59,105 nucleotides of DNA, from positions 1-59,105 of IMG/VR virus record IMGVR_UViG_3300020045_001526. One strand, 5' to 3'. This DNA comes from a virus (taxonomy: Duplodnaviria > Caudoviricetes). The notes under the pieces are model-generated. The model was not told the DNA's origin and made no database searches. It worked only from the letters and a program-made list of their open reading frames with translations. Below, in pieces: positions 7,797-17,967 of the stretch. Positions within the stretch are counted from its first letter, which is position 1, and each line of letters begins with the position of its first letter. A program made the translations under genes and the position numbers.

Positions 7797-9400
7797 TATT
7801 TAGCCCCTTGAAAGCGAGACGCGACTTTAGAGTTCAGTTGAGCTATGCGTGCCATTTCTTCTTTCATAATGCGAGCTTTACGCACGTTCCACTCCGGAGG
7901 TAGAATACCACGGTTTTCCGTCGCCATACGGTTAGCCTCTTCGGCAAAGCGCATACGAGTCTTAGCCATGTTCTGCATAAGATCTATCAGCGCCGTACGA
8001 CCTTCAGCAGTTCCTTCTAGACCTGGTACAAGCCCCCGTAGTATCTTCTGTTCAAAGTCAGACATCGCGCCCGGCATTAGGTTCTTACCTTCCGCTGTAC
8101 GCGTAAGTAATGCCATCTTACCGGCCACAGACGAAGCTAAGTCCGCGGCGCCAACTTCTGGACCTACATCAATACCTGCCGTCTTTAAACCTGAACGAAT
8201 AGATTGAAGCTCTTTAGCTAGCTGACCTTCGGGCATGTTAGGGGTTTGATATAGCTTCTTCAATAAATCTAGCTGACCGATTAGCTGGTTGGAACTTTCT
8301 GAAGCGACGTTCAAATTCTGCTGTTCTTCTCCCAGGGCTTTACCGGCGAGTTTACCTGTTTCTTCTTCCAACGCTCGCTTAGGCTTGTCTAAATAAGTCA
8401 GGGACTTAGCCGAAGGTTTTTCATACTTATTCAAAATACCTTGCAGGGTTTTGGTGTCATTCTCCGTCGCGTTCGGATTAGCCTTGATACGAGATTGCAA
8501 ACGGGCAACAGTAGTCGCGTCCTCTGGAGCTAGTTTAGTCTCAGGAGGAAGCGTGGGCCATTCAGGTAGATTACCCGTAATTTCACCCTTACGAATCCTA
8601 CCCGCTTCCTCATCTCTAGCCGCTTGAACCGACGGCGTAATCTTCATAGAAGGCATTGATGGTTCAGATGAAGATTTGATTCCAGGAATAGCGTTGGTCT
8701 CTCCTTTGACGGTAGTACCGCCAAACTGTTGCAGAGTTTTGTCAGTCTGTTGTTGAGCATAATCTTCCGGGTTGGGAAGTTCAGCGGCAACCGCCTTATT
8801 ATAGAAGTTCTGATAGATGCGAGCCTTGATTTGATCCTGAGAACCGCTAAGCACTTCAGTAGTATAGCTCTGAGTGATAGGGTCAAATTTAGCTGCAATT
8901 AGCTTACCATCTACTACCTTGATAGTAGGTTGACCAGCTTTAGTTCCAGCACCTATAGATCGTAACAGCGCGGCGTTCTGATCTTTAGATTCTAACGCAC
9001 GAACTTCATCCTGTCTCATTTTAGTCAGAGTACCTTGATTCTTTAAATCGCTCTGTTGTTGCGACTCTTGATTCTTACCATAAGCCCCACCGATACGTCC
9101 CAACATAGCGCCTGTATTACCCCATGTAGGTGTGACGTTAGAAGCCGCTTCAGCCATCCCTCCCCACATAGAGGCTTCGTTAGATTCAGGAGAACGGCTT
9201 TGCTCCACCATCTGAGCGTACTTCTCCATGTCTTTATTGTAAGCCGCCTGCTGCTGTTCAAGATAGTTCTGCTTTTGCTGATTACCCGCAAGCATGCTCT
9301 TGAACATGTCCCCTAACATCGGGTTCCCCCCAGAAGCTCCCGGCACCATAGCTTCCGCTGGACTGCTGATTTGACTCAGCGCACCTTGTTGTTCAGCCAT
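7796..9400 (-). CDS. Putative internal virion/ejection protein
   Basis: Gln/Ala-rich; C-terminal PGAMSDFE motif typical of ejection proteins; start MAEQQG with RBS AGGA. Confidence 0.65.
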   Translation of the reverse strand: MAEQQGALSQISSPAEAMVPGASGGNPMLGDMFKSMLAGNQQKQNYLEQQQAAYNKDMEKYAQMVEQSRSPESNEASMWGGMAEAASNVTPTWGNTGAMLGRIGGAYGKNQESQQQSDLKNQGTLTKMRQDEVRALESKDQNAALLRSIGAGTKAGQPTIKVVDGKLIAAKFDPITQSYTTEVLSGSQDQIKARIYQNFYNKAVAAELPNPEDYAQQQTDKTLQQFGGTTVKGETNAIPGIKSSSEPSMPSMKITPSVQAARDEEAGRIRKGEITGNLPEWPTLPPETKLAPEDATTVARLQSRIKANPNATENDTKTLQGILNKYEKPSAKSLTYLDKPKRALEEETGKLAGKALGEEQQNLNVASESSNQLIGQLDLLKKLYQTPNMPEGQLAKELQSIRSGLKTAGIDVGPEVGAADLASSVAGKMALLTRTAEGKNLMPGAMSDFEQKILRGLVPGLEGTAEGRTALIDLMQNMAKTRMRFAEEANRMATENRGILPPEWNVRKARIMKEEMARIAQLNSKVASRFQGAK

Positions 9401-9410
9401 GATATTATCC

Positions 9411-10496
9411 TTATTGAAGCATCTGGTAATGGACTTTGTAGAATCCGTTGTCGTCAATTATAACCGCTTCAGGCTTGACCAGCAACACTTCTTGTGCCAT
9501 TACTCCGATTTCATCGTGGTCACCAATAGTATACGCGTACAGCCCAATACCTAGCGGGTGGGTACCAACACGCTGAACATTGCTCTTCAGTCGAATATCC
9601 GAACTAGAAGTGGTGGTCGGCGTAGTAGAAAGGGTACGCGCACCTAAGAAGCCTTGAGCTGCAGAAGCTAAGGGAGAAAGTTGAGCAGTCGAAGCTGTAG
9701 GATTGGTAACTGCAGCATAGCTCGTAGTGCTCGTCGGCTGACCTCGGATAATGTCTGACAAGAAGGACAGCTGGGTTTTAGGATAGTTCAGCTGGTTCGT
9801 ATAATCCGTTTGAGCAAGGTTCATATTCTGTTGCTGTTGAGCCTGTTGGGTCTGTCCTACCGTTTCCAGTGCTCCCGCTTGCTGTAACCCTAACTGCTGA
9901 GTTGTTTGAGCTAAAGATTGCTGACGTTGTAAGTCGGACAAAGCGGTATTCTGAGCCTGGGTATATCCCGCTTGAAGTGCCGTGGATTGCTGACCCAGTA
10001 TAGATTCATTAGCATCACGCACGGCGCGATTAGTAAAGTCCGCATTACGGGTTGAGCCAAATTGACCAGCCCCGGTAAAGGTACTATTGACCTGGGGTAA
10101 CAAGTTTTCACTAAGATTTCGCTGACCTAACTGAGCGATACGATTAACCACTGAATCCGTATAAGGGCTCATATAAGCGCCTACGGCTTCAGGTACGGTT
10201 TGACTAGCCTTGTCCAAATAAGGTTGATAATTTCCTTGGCTATCTACTATTTGTTGCTGAGCCTGTTGCTGAGCCGGGGTAAATCCAGCGATACGTCCTG
10301 CGTCCTCGCCATAGGTGGTCGAATTAGTTGGGGAGGTATACGGTTGATATGCTTCCCCAGCGACAGCAGTGGCCTGCCCAGCTAACCCTCTCGTATACTC
10401 TTGTAACCATGCTGGTAATTGGACCGCACTATCTGTAAGAGTTTCATTTACTGAAGCCGGGGTAGAACCTCCGAAAAGGTATGAAGTATCAGCCAT
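9411..10496 (-). CDS. Putative ejection/pilot protein with C-terminal peptidase S74 intramolecular chaperone
   Basis: Gln-rich body with YMSPY and GQFGSTR; C-terminal SDIRLKSNV...GVMAQEV...VHY. Confidence 0.7.
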   Translation of the reverse strand: MADTSYLFGGSTPASVNETLTDSAVQLPAWLQEYTRGLAGQATAVAGEAYQPYTSPTNSTTYGEDAGRIAGFTPAQQQAQQQIVDSQGNYQPYLDKASQTVPEAVGAYMSPYTDSVVNRIAQLGQRNLSENLLPQVNSTFTGAGQFGSTRNADFTNRAVRDANESILGQQSTALQAGYTQAQNTALSDLQRQQSLAQTTQQLGLQQAGALETVGQTQQAQQQQNMNLAQTDYTNQLNYPKTQLSFLSDIIRGQPTSTTSYAAVTNPTASTAQLSPLASAAQGFLGARTLSTTPTTTSSSDIRLKSNVQRVGTHPLGIGLYAYTIGDHDEIGVMAQEVLLVKPEAVIIDDNGFYKVHYQMLQ

Positions 10497-11497
10497 TACT
10501 TAGCTCCTTTAGATTTCTTCATATATTCAAGCGGAGACTTAGCTTTAGGAGGAATCTTAGTTGCAGGAGCAGAGCGTTTATGCTCGCGAATACCTTTACG
10601 CATGCTGTCCAACTTTGCAGCTCCCGCCTCGTTGTTTCCGTCACCCAGTGCAGAAACTACGTCCGCGTCCATAACGTATTCTCCATCCGATACCTTAGCG
10701 TTTATTTTGTCAGCTTGACCTGGAGAACCCCCTTTAACATAGCCGATAGCGCCACCTCCACAGTTGCAACTCTGCAGTGGTCCCGTGCGGCCACCTTGTG
10801 CAAAATAGGAAGGGATACGATTATTGCTAAAGAAAGTACTCTCTCCATTACGCGATGTAGGATCCGTAGCCTGACGAGGGTTACTGAGCCGTAAGGGCGC
10901 GCTGTATAAATTGGACGCCGCTTGTCGCGCTGCCAAAAGCTGAGCTTGTTTTTTCTGAGCAGCCTTAGCTAGTGCGTTCTGTTTTAGAGCACCATACGCG
11001 CTAAGCCCCGCCCCACCAAGACCCGTTAGTAATTTGCCACCAGGCGAGGATAACATTGTACCATATTTATCTAGCGTATCCATTATAGACGGACCGGAAG
11101 CATTTGTATACGCGGAGTCTGTGGCGTAGCTCGGCATATTGGTCGTAGAGTTGATAGCGTTATCGGTGAAGTACTTAGATATATCCGCAGACGGAACTTC
11201 TAAAGAATTAGAGGTGGAGTAGTACGACGTTTCAGGAATAGCAGATATAGTATCCAACCAGCTCGTCTCCGGAACACTATACGAAGAAGTTGGTGTGTAG
11301 TTGTCTAAAATACTAGATATGGAATCTCCAGCAAGCCCTGAATAATCAGCACTGCCGGATACTGAATCAAGTAACCCTGCTCCGGAATCAAAATAGGAGG
11401 GTAAATCTGAAGTAGCCACTTCAGAAATGGAATCTCCCCAATCACCCGAAGATGCCGCATCTCCTAGGCTTCCAAACAAATCATCTAACCATCCCAT
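10496..11497 (-). CDS. Putative internal virion protein
   Basis: Ser/Asp-rich N-terminus; C-terminal G..DKINA.VSDGEYV..ADVV..LG.G domain after an FAQGG motif. Confidence 0.6.
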   Translation of the reverse strand: MGWLDDLFGSLGDAASSGDWGDSISEVATSDLPSYFDSGAGLLDSVSGSADYSGLAGDSISSILDNYTPTSSYSVPETSWLDTISAIPETSYYSTSNSLEVPSADISKYFTDNAINSTTNMPSYATDSAYTNASGPSIMDTLDKYGTMLSSPGGKLLTGLGGAGLSAYGALKQNALAKAAQKKQAQLLAARQAASNLYSAPLRLSNPRQATDPTSRNGESTFFSNNRIPSYFAQGGRTGPLQSCNCGGGAIGYVKGGSPGQADKINAKVSDGEYVMDADVVSALGDGNNEAGAAKLDSMRKGIREHKRSAPATKIPPKAKSPLEYMKKSKGAK

Positions 11498-11513
11498 GAT
11501 GCTTCCTTTCTAA

Positions 11514-13058
11514 TCAAGAGCGATTGTCGCCAGGTTCCGTATGAATTATAACCTTTCCAGCCTCATAAAAACCGTTCAGAGTGTTGCTTTCAAATTTTAA
11601 TAATATATGCCGTTTCTGCTCCCGCATATCTACCTTACCTGTAGTGGGGCTAAAGGTATACGAGGTTACCGGCTCTGCCGGAGACTGAGCAAATTCGTAA
11701 CCTATTACCGAAACCGTCATATCCCCTTTTTGTATAAAGTCAGGTTCAACGCGAGTAAGTCTCGTCCATCTACTTACACCCTGGGAGCTATCTCCGACTC
11801 CCCCGGTAGGGTAGCCAAAATTTTGCGTGACGTAATAGCTATCTATTGCCGACTCTACATCACCTACTACCGCATTATATCCAAATTCATGCTGATATAA
11901 TCCGTATTTTCCAGACGGTTCGATTTGAGAATTAGCCCAGATAGGCCACTGAACTATTTGAGAATAGAAACCTGCTGAACGTGATATGGAATTGTCATAC
12001 CAAGTCTTAAGACGTACATTAAATATGATCGTTGCGTTACATTCTAATGAGTCGCCCCGAGGGTAATGCCAAATTATTTCTCCAAACCGAGTTATTTTAC
12101 TAGCCCATATTTTCTGACGCTGAGAATAATTTAGGTTATCAAAGAACCAGTTTTGATTCAGCTCATTAGATAATTCTTTAACGGAGCTGTCGAAATATAA
12201 AAACCTATCAACACCTATCCAGAAATACACCCCGTCGTATTCTATAACGCTATTTTGAGCGAGTATACTAGACTGGGTGGATAGGGTGGAAAACCTCCAA
12301 ATTGCCTGGCCACCTACATAGTCCATACGAATAACAGAATCTAGCGACCACAAAATAGCTGCTATTTGCCCAGAACGTAAGGGCAGACCGGCCACTATCT
12401 TAGCCCCGGTTACCCGGTCTGAACCGGCGTCACCTGGATTAACGCTGGTACTCCACACCTGGGGTTGATTCACATCTGACCAAGCAACTAACCCATCTGA
12501 GCCGTAAAGAATAGTATATGGCGCAACAGATAGTATTCCTCCAGAAACGGCAGGCGCATCTGTTATTTGTGCGAATATCGAAGTAGCTGAATTAGCTAAA
12601 GCCCAATAAGGTTTGCTAGCTCTATCGTCATCTATGTTTCTCAAAGACTTATTACAATGAGCGACTATGATGGTTCCGGCCGTACCTACCGCTTCATCAT
12701 ATTGTGTATCCGCTGTCCACATGTTGTCGGCGTTGGCGGTGAAGCCCACAGGTGTGCGATCACGAATATCATTACCAACTAAACCTGAATCCACTATTAG
12801 AGTTTCTATCTTACTCATGGAAAAACTTATACAGGAGTTTAAATCCTTACGCGACCACAGAATAAACTTACGGATAGGTCCCGTGAGTTGGTCAGTGATG
12901 CGTCGGTATCCACCCATCTTCTTAGCCTTACCGCGTTGAAACCTGACCCATTGTCCTTCAGAACAAAATTCTCCTTCTAAAAGAGTGCCGTCACGTTTTA
13001 TACCCGCTTGAGGTAAAAGGGTAAATACCATCTCATCTGCGTTTTGACCATCAGCCAT
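11514..13058 (-). CDS. Tail tubular/nozzle (DNA stabilisation) protein
   Basis: Size, beta-rich composition and position in the podovirus-type tail module. Confidence 0.55.
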   Translation of the reverse strand: MADGQNADEMVFTLLPQAGIKRDGTLLEGEFCSEGQWVRFQRGKAKKMGGYRRITDQLTGPIRKFILWSRKDLNSCISFSMSKIETLIVDSGLVGNDIRDRTPVGFTANADNMWTADTQYDEAVGTAGTIIVAHCNKSLRNIDDDRASKPYWALANSATSIFAQITDAPAVSGGILSVAPYTILYGSDGLVAWSDVNQPQVWSTSVNPGDAGSDRVTGAKIVAGLPLRSGQIAAILWSLDSVIRMDYVGGQAIWRFSTLSTQSSILAQNSVIEYDGVYFWIGVDRFLYFDSSVKELSNELNQNWFFDNLNYSQRQKIWASKITRFGEIIWHYPRGDSLECNATIIFNVRLKTWYDNSISRSAGFYSQIVQWPIWANSQIEPSGKYGLYQHEFGYNAVVGDVESAIDSYYVTQNFGYPTGGVGDSSQGVSRWTRLTRVEPDFIQKGDMTVSVIGYEFAQSPAEPVTSYTFSPTTGKVDMREQKRHILLKFESNTLNGFYEAGKVIIHTEPGDNRS

Positions 13059-13444
13059 TATGCCACCTTATAGTAATTACCGGATATCGCCTTTAGCTTG
13101 GCTGATGAATAAGCAGCGCTCATTACGTAGGTAGAAGCTCCGTTTATATTTCCAACACTGGTCTGAACAGTTACGGTGTTTAGGGCTGATGTTTTGATTA
13201 TTGTCAGCGCTATCATAGAGGTCGCCGCAGGTATGTTGATTATAGCGTTACCTGAAGACGTATTCACTAGTACAAAATCTATGTCTCCTGGTATACTATG
13301 CGTACCGGCACCTAACGATATAGAGGTTTCATTATGAATCATCTCTCTATAGGCATCGTCAGATATAACTCTATCTAAGGAATGCCAGTGTTCAAAGCAG
13401 TCCCCCGCAGAAGTCAGGTTAGATTCTTGACGTTCAGTTAGCAT
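13058..13444 (-). CDS. Hypothetical virion-associated protein
   Basis: Beta-rich; translationally coupled in the structural operon. Confidence 0.55.
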   Translation of the reverse strand: MLTERQESNLTSAGDCFEHWHSLDRVISDDAYREMIHNETSISLGAGTHSIPGDIDFVLVNTSSGNAIINIPAATSMIALTIIKTSALNTVTVQTSVGNINGASTYVMSAAYSSAKLKAISGNYYKVA

Positions 13445-14463
13445 TAGCGTAAGTGTCCCATGTGTCTAGCGTATCGAACTAATCCACCTTCATACCATCC
13501 ACTACCCGCGTCTCCACCACCGGCTCCGTCGCCGGAGTCCGACCCGCTGCCTGAGTCTCCACCCCCTACGCCGGAACCACTATCACCCGAATCCCCACTA
13601 TCGCCCGAATTACCACTATCGCTAGAATCACCACTATCACTAGAACTATCCCCTCCAATACCTTCGGACGACTGACCTGCCGTGCTGCCGCCAATACCCG
13701 CGCCAGCCATACCACCTATACCTGAGCCAAAAGAATCGGCGGCGGAGTTAGATGCGCCAACACCTACGGAGCCTTCTGTATTACCATCGTATCCGCCTGA
13801 AGTAGCCCCGATACCCGAGCTATCTCCCATACCTAAACCTCCGCTTATACCTTCTCCTAGCCCAGGTTCTCCGAAGAATCCACCTTCAAAGCCTGGAGTC
13901 GGCGTAGATAAACCTAGGGCTTCCGCGAGACCCTGGGCTGGATTAAATCCAAGCATACCTAACGCCGCCATTCCTATACCAGGAACACCCAAAGCGGACA
14001 ACGCGGTATTTATGCCTAAATTCGATAAACTTTGTCCGGTTATACCCTTACCTGCGGCCATGCCCGCTAAGCTGCCGATAGTACCAGCTCCAGGCATACC
14101 TATTGAACCAAGACCTACGCTGGTACCTAGGCCAACGGCGGTGCTTCCCAGCGATCCTAATCCTAACCCTTGCCCAAATCCAAACCCATCTAAACTACCT
14201 AATGAATCAGTCGTACCAAAACCATCAACAGAACTTCCTGAATCATAATATTGCCCGTTCAGAGCTTTAGCATCAGCAGAAGCCTTAGCTAATGCGGCGG
14301 CGTTAGCTTGAGACTGAGCTAAGTCGCTAAGAGGACTAGTGCTGTTACTAGCGGTATTGGATTTGAGCCCACTAAGCCATGCGTTATATAGCTCGGATTT
14401 AGAAGCCAGAGGGGAGGCCAGTCCGCTAAAATAAGGTAAGGCAAAACTATAAGGTGTAGTCAT
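13444..14463 (-). CDS. Gly/Ser-rich low-complexity protein
   Basis: Gly-rich hydrophobic middle, SGD repeats, terminal WYEGG motif. Confidence 0.6.
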   Translation of the reverse strand: MTTPYSFALPYFSGLASPLASKSELYNAWLSGLKSNTASNSTSPLSDLAQSQANAAALAKASADAKALNGQYYDSGSSVDGFGTTDSLGSLDGFGFGQGLGLGSLGSTAVGLGTSVGLGSIGMPGAGTIGSLAGMAAGKGITGQSLSNLGINTALSALGVPGIGMAALGMLGFNPAQGLAEALGLSTPTPGFEGGFFGEPGLGEGISGGLGMGDSSGIGATSGGYDGNTEGSVGVGASNSAADSFGSGIGGMAGAGIGGSTAGQSSEGIGGDSSSDSGDSSDSGNSGDSGDSGDSGSGVGGGDSGSGSDSGDGAGGGDAGSGWYEGGLVRYARHMGHLR

Positions 14464-14569
14464 ACTATTATATCCTAAGGTATGCCAGGTTGAATCTATA
14501 CACTTCTGTAAGATTACATTTAACCCCTATATTATAGGGCTAAATTGAATACAAAGGCTAATATAATGC

Positions 14570-14947
14570 TCACAGCGATTGTGCCTGCTGGAACAATGCG
14601 TGACGTTCCTCATCAGATTTATTTAGGATAGTACACAACCTTATCACGATAGGATCATTCTCTACGAAAGAAGTAGCGTATTGCCACGCATCCTTAGTAT
14701 TCTGGTCCTGGGTTAGAATTGCAGATTCAATATCTTCTCTTAATCCAAGTTCATTTAAGGCTTTACGAATCTGCCAGGGGGTAACCGATATAACCGACTG
14801 CGTAATTGGATCAGCCGGTTCCGGCGTATTACCTTCTGAGACCCAAACTAAATACTGGATATAGTCCTGGTTATCTAGATCCGCAGGTATGCAGGCCATG
14901 TCGGCGGTGCGAAGGATGCTCGTGGAGTTGGTGAGTTTGTATAGCAT
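14570..14947 (-). CDS. Tail fibre assembly/chaperone-like protein
   Basis: CIPADLDNQDY..Y..W...GNTPEPAD motif directly after the tail fibre gene. Confidence 0.65.
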   Translation of the reverse strand: MLYKLTNSTSILRTADMACIPADLDNQDYIQYLVWVSEGNTPEPADPITQSVISVTPWQIRKALNELGLREDIESAILTQDQNTKDAWQYATSFVENDPIVIRLCTILNKSDEERHALFQQAQSL

Positions 14948-14949
14948 GA

Positions 14950-17109
14950 TTATAGCTCCGAGCTTGCTGAATAATGAAATGTAACCCCCGTACCTACAGA
15001 CCAACCTGTTCCCGAGTTGTTTATATATCTAACCCCAGTTGTTCCAATATTGGTAGCAATAGGAACACCTTTATTGGTGTCCGTGTTGTCCCACACCGTA
15101 CCCGCAGTGCCTGACGGTGACCAAAATAGTATGGTAGGTGTTGCTCGCTTTGGCACCAGGAACGTAAATCCCTGAGCGGTCGTAGATGCATATACAATGG
15201 TGTTTTTAGCACCATTGGCGTTTGCAGTACCTGGAGGAACTCCTACAGTATACGAATTCTCATAATACCTCTGGCATAACGCAAGCTCTAAACCAATTTG
15301 GCGATTCTTGAATGGTGTTGCGATTGATCCCAATTCGAACCGTACCTTACTTATTCCTACGGTAACCCCTGCACCAACCGCCCCAAACCCGAATGCGAGT
15401 TCTATACCATTCACCGTATTAGGAACGTTAAACTGCGCAGACATATACCGCCAGCTAGTTGCGGCGGCGGGAGAGGTGGATCCTATCAGCGTAGTTGTCG
15501 AGAAATTATCTATGGTATTTGCATGCGATACTAAAAACCGAATAGTGCGAACATCGCTACTATACACCCAGGCGGAAACCGTGATTGTGCGGTTAGCAAC
15601 ATCTTTACTATTTAAACTTTCAACCCTTTGAGCTAAATAGTAATCAGTGTTTCCTGCTACACCTGTCGCTACAAGGCAGAAATCTAAAGCTAATGGTCCA
15701 ATTGACTTACTTACAGAAGGTACATTCCCCGCAGAGTTCATAAGCCATCTATCTGCGGTGTAATTAGATAAAAGCCCAGTGGTACCTCGTTGCCAAATAT
15801 CAAAACTACCGTTGATAATAAGGTTATCGGTGAGTTGCCCACTCGTATCGCTACCAAAGCGCATAACATCAACACCACTAACCTGCAATGCTCCGTAGGT
15901 GGCGGTGACGTTGTAATACTGAGGGACGGTTAAAGTGCTACCTGAAAATGTAGCAGCTGTCCACTGTGGGATTCCAGCGCCTGCAGACGCTAACAGCTGT
16001 CCCGCCAAACCTGCCACCGTAAATCCGGTAGCCCCTATGCCGGTTTGAACAACTACCGCTCCGGCCAGTCCTCCCACAATATTTGTAGCAGGTAGAGCCG
16101 AAGTTTGAGCAAAAACTACATTTATTCCGTCACAATACGCAATAACTCTATCAGTGCCAATCAAGTCTATAGAGGTAGATCCAGCCGTCACCGTGGTGTG
16201 AAATGCACCGGCATATGAACATTCAATATAATAAATGGCCACTATGGCGGGTAAATTTATAGTAACCGCAGCCGTGGGGGTACCAATAAGTTTTAATAGC
16301 TTATTCTCGGCCTGAGTAGAAGTAAGCGTAAATGGTGATCCGGTAGTGATGTCCATTACCAGTTTAGTAAATTGAAACTGAGTACTACGCCCGTAACCCA
16401 CCGTTACCCAATTTGTACCATCACATATTAGCGTAGTAGATTCTCCTGGAACAAGGGACTTAGTACTTAAACCATCTACGGTTTCACTAGAGTTTGGATC
16501 TATTATTACTGATCCAGTACCCTGGTTAGCTAGATTAATGAAAAATCCATTCCCGGCGGTATTAGCGGCTAAAAGATTACAAGATACCATTCCATTAGGT
16601 TTAAATATATAGGTACTAGCCCTGTCTGTAGAAGTTATAGTCGCGTTACCTGCGGTGGTATGCGTCATGCTATTTTGAGCTAACTCTCCATCTACAACGG
16701 TCAGCCCATAACCCTCAAGCATTGTAGCGTCAGCGCTGGAAGTTCCCGTGCCGAAAGTATATACCCTCCATATACCCGCAACGGTAGTGTTATCTGTAAG
16801 ATAGATGTTTTTAATCTGACCTGCGAATAGGGTTGCTAGCGGGGAGCCAGTAATATCAGTGATAGTTATGGTTGCCGAACCGATATTATTGATAAGTAAG
16901 CTGCGCCCTACAGACACTTGACTAGCGTCCGGCAACGCTAGGGAATACGGCGTATCAGCAAAAACATCCATTATGTCAGAAGCCACTGTATCAGATTGCG
17001 CTAATTCCGGCCAGTACAATATCACGTCTGAAGTAAGTGTAAGACTTGAATAGCTCGACTGTGTCGGAGGTATGGTGTCGTTGCCAAAAACCGAAGTGTA
17101 CGTGGTCAT
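14950..17109 (-). CDS. Tail fibre / receptor-binding protein
   Basis: Thr/Gly-rich; NLIINGSFDIWQRG, YTADRW and ELALCQRYYE motifs common in tail fibres. Confidence 0.8.
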   Translation of the reverse strand: MTTYTSVFGNDTIPPTQSSYSSLTLTSDVILYWPELAQSDTVASDIMDVFADTPYSLALPDASQVSVGRSLLINNIGSATITITDITGSPLATLFAGQIKNIYLTDNTTVAGIWRVYTFGTGTSSADATMLEGYGLTVVDGELAQNSMTHTTAGNATITSTDRASTYIFKPNGMVSCNLLAANTAGNGFFINLANQGTGSVIIDPNSSETVDGLSTKSLVPGESTTLICDGTNWVTVGYGRSTQFQFTKLVMDITTGSPFTLTSTQAENKLLKLIGTPTAAVTINLPAIVAIYYIECSYAGAFHTTVTAGSTSIDLIGTDRVIAYCDGINVVFAQTSALPATNIVGGLAGAVVVQTGIGATGFTVAGLAGQLLASAGAGIPQWTAATFSGSTLTVPQYYNVTATYGALQVSGVDVMRFGSDTSGQLTDNLIINGSFDIWQRGTTGLLSNYTADRWLMNSAGNVPSVSKSIGPLALDFCLVATGVAGNTDYYLAQRVESLNSKDVANRTITVSAWVYSSDVRTIRFLVSHANTIDNFSTTTLIGSTSPAAATSWRYMSAQFNVPNTVNGIELAFGFGAVGAGVTVGISKVRFELGSIATPFKNRQIGLELALCQRYYENSYTVGVPPGTANANGAKNTIVYASTTAQGFTFLVPKRATPTILFWSPSGTAGTVWDNTDTNKGVPIATNIGTTGVRYINNSGTGWSVGTGVTFHYSASSEL

Positions 17110-17112
17110 ACT

Positions 17113-17742
17113 TTATTCTCCAGAACGCGATGACGAAGCTCGGTCGCCGCTAATACGTCGTGATGTTTCTTGCGCAATACCTTGTAACGCTCGGTCATAC
17201 AATGACTGGAATTCAGCAATACGCTCCGGGCGTTTCAAAAACGGTTGAGCTTCCAACAGTGTCGCATATAGCAATAATTGAGGAGCATACTGAGTAAACC
17301 AGTTGGTTTGATTATCAGAACTCAGCGGATCAGGTCTTTCATAATAAGCTAGTTCGAAAGTATAACCTGAATTAGGCGTAGGTACCAAAATAAAATGCTC
17401 GTACTCATAATCAGCATAATACCTAGGTACACCGACGGTAGTCGTGTCTGGGCAAAAGGTGCGACAATAATCGTACGTTCGCGGTTGTAAAAACACCCGC
17501 TCTCCCGCCACCGTTAGATTCAAACTGATTGTCTCGCGCCAACGGTTAGGCTTAGCTATGGTTGGTCCAGAAAGCGTGCTAGTTACGTATTTTTGCGTAC
17601 CTAACCCTCTTACCTCGGAGGCTAATCTATTCTCGGCCATCATTATAAAACGAGGAACCTGAGTTACGAAAGGTGTGTCGGAGCGTTCAGCATAGATAAC
17701 TACGTCAGATAGTAACGAATCATAAGTAAGGGCTTCGCTCAT
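17113..17742 (-). CDS. Head-tail adaptor / tail tubular protein A-like
   Basis: GVPRYYA, PTPNSGY..ELAYY and QTNW...APQLLLYA motifs. Confidence 0.65.
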   Translation of the reverse strand: MSEALTYDSLLSDVVIYAERSDTPFVTQVPRFIMMAENRLASEVRGLGTQKYVTSTLSGPTIAKPNRWRETISLNLTVAGERVFLQPRTYDYCRTFCPDTTTVGVPRYYADYEYEHFILVPTPNSGYTFELAYYERPDPLSSDNQTNWFTQYAPQLLLYATLLEAQPFLKRPERIAEFQSLYDRALQGIAQETSRRISGDRASSSRSGE

Positions 17743-17743
17743 A

Positions 17744-17965
17744 TTATTCCACTTTCGTATCAGGTCTGGGGTGTTGTAGTGAAATATCTTCAGCCTTGCG
17801 AGCCGGTAGTCGCCAAGGATCATAAATATCCACGCATTCAGGACAGTACCAGTTCTGATTATTAGGATCTTTGGTCAATTGATCATAGTAAATCTTCTTC
17901 TGACAGCGTCCGCAGACAGCTATAGCGGCGGTACCTTTAGTTCTTACTGGAAGATATAATCCCAT
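17744..17965 (-). CDS. Small zinc-binding protein
   Basis: CGRC..CPEC.D..DP and terminal HPRPD, in the structural operon. Confidence 0.6.
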   Translation of the reverse strand: MGLYLPVRTKGTAAIAVCGRCQKKIYYDQLTKDPNNQNWYCPECVDIYDPWRLPARKAEDISLQHPRPDTKVE

Positions 17966-17967
17966 GA

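Noticed and set aside
13460-14248. Pro-rich plus-strand ORFs
   Set aside because: Antisense shadow of Gly codons in 13444..14463
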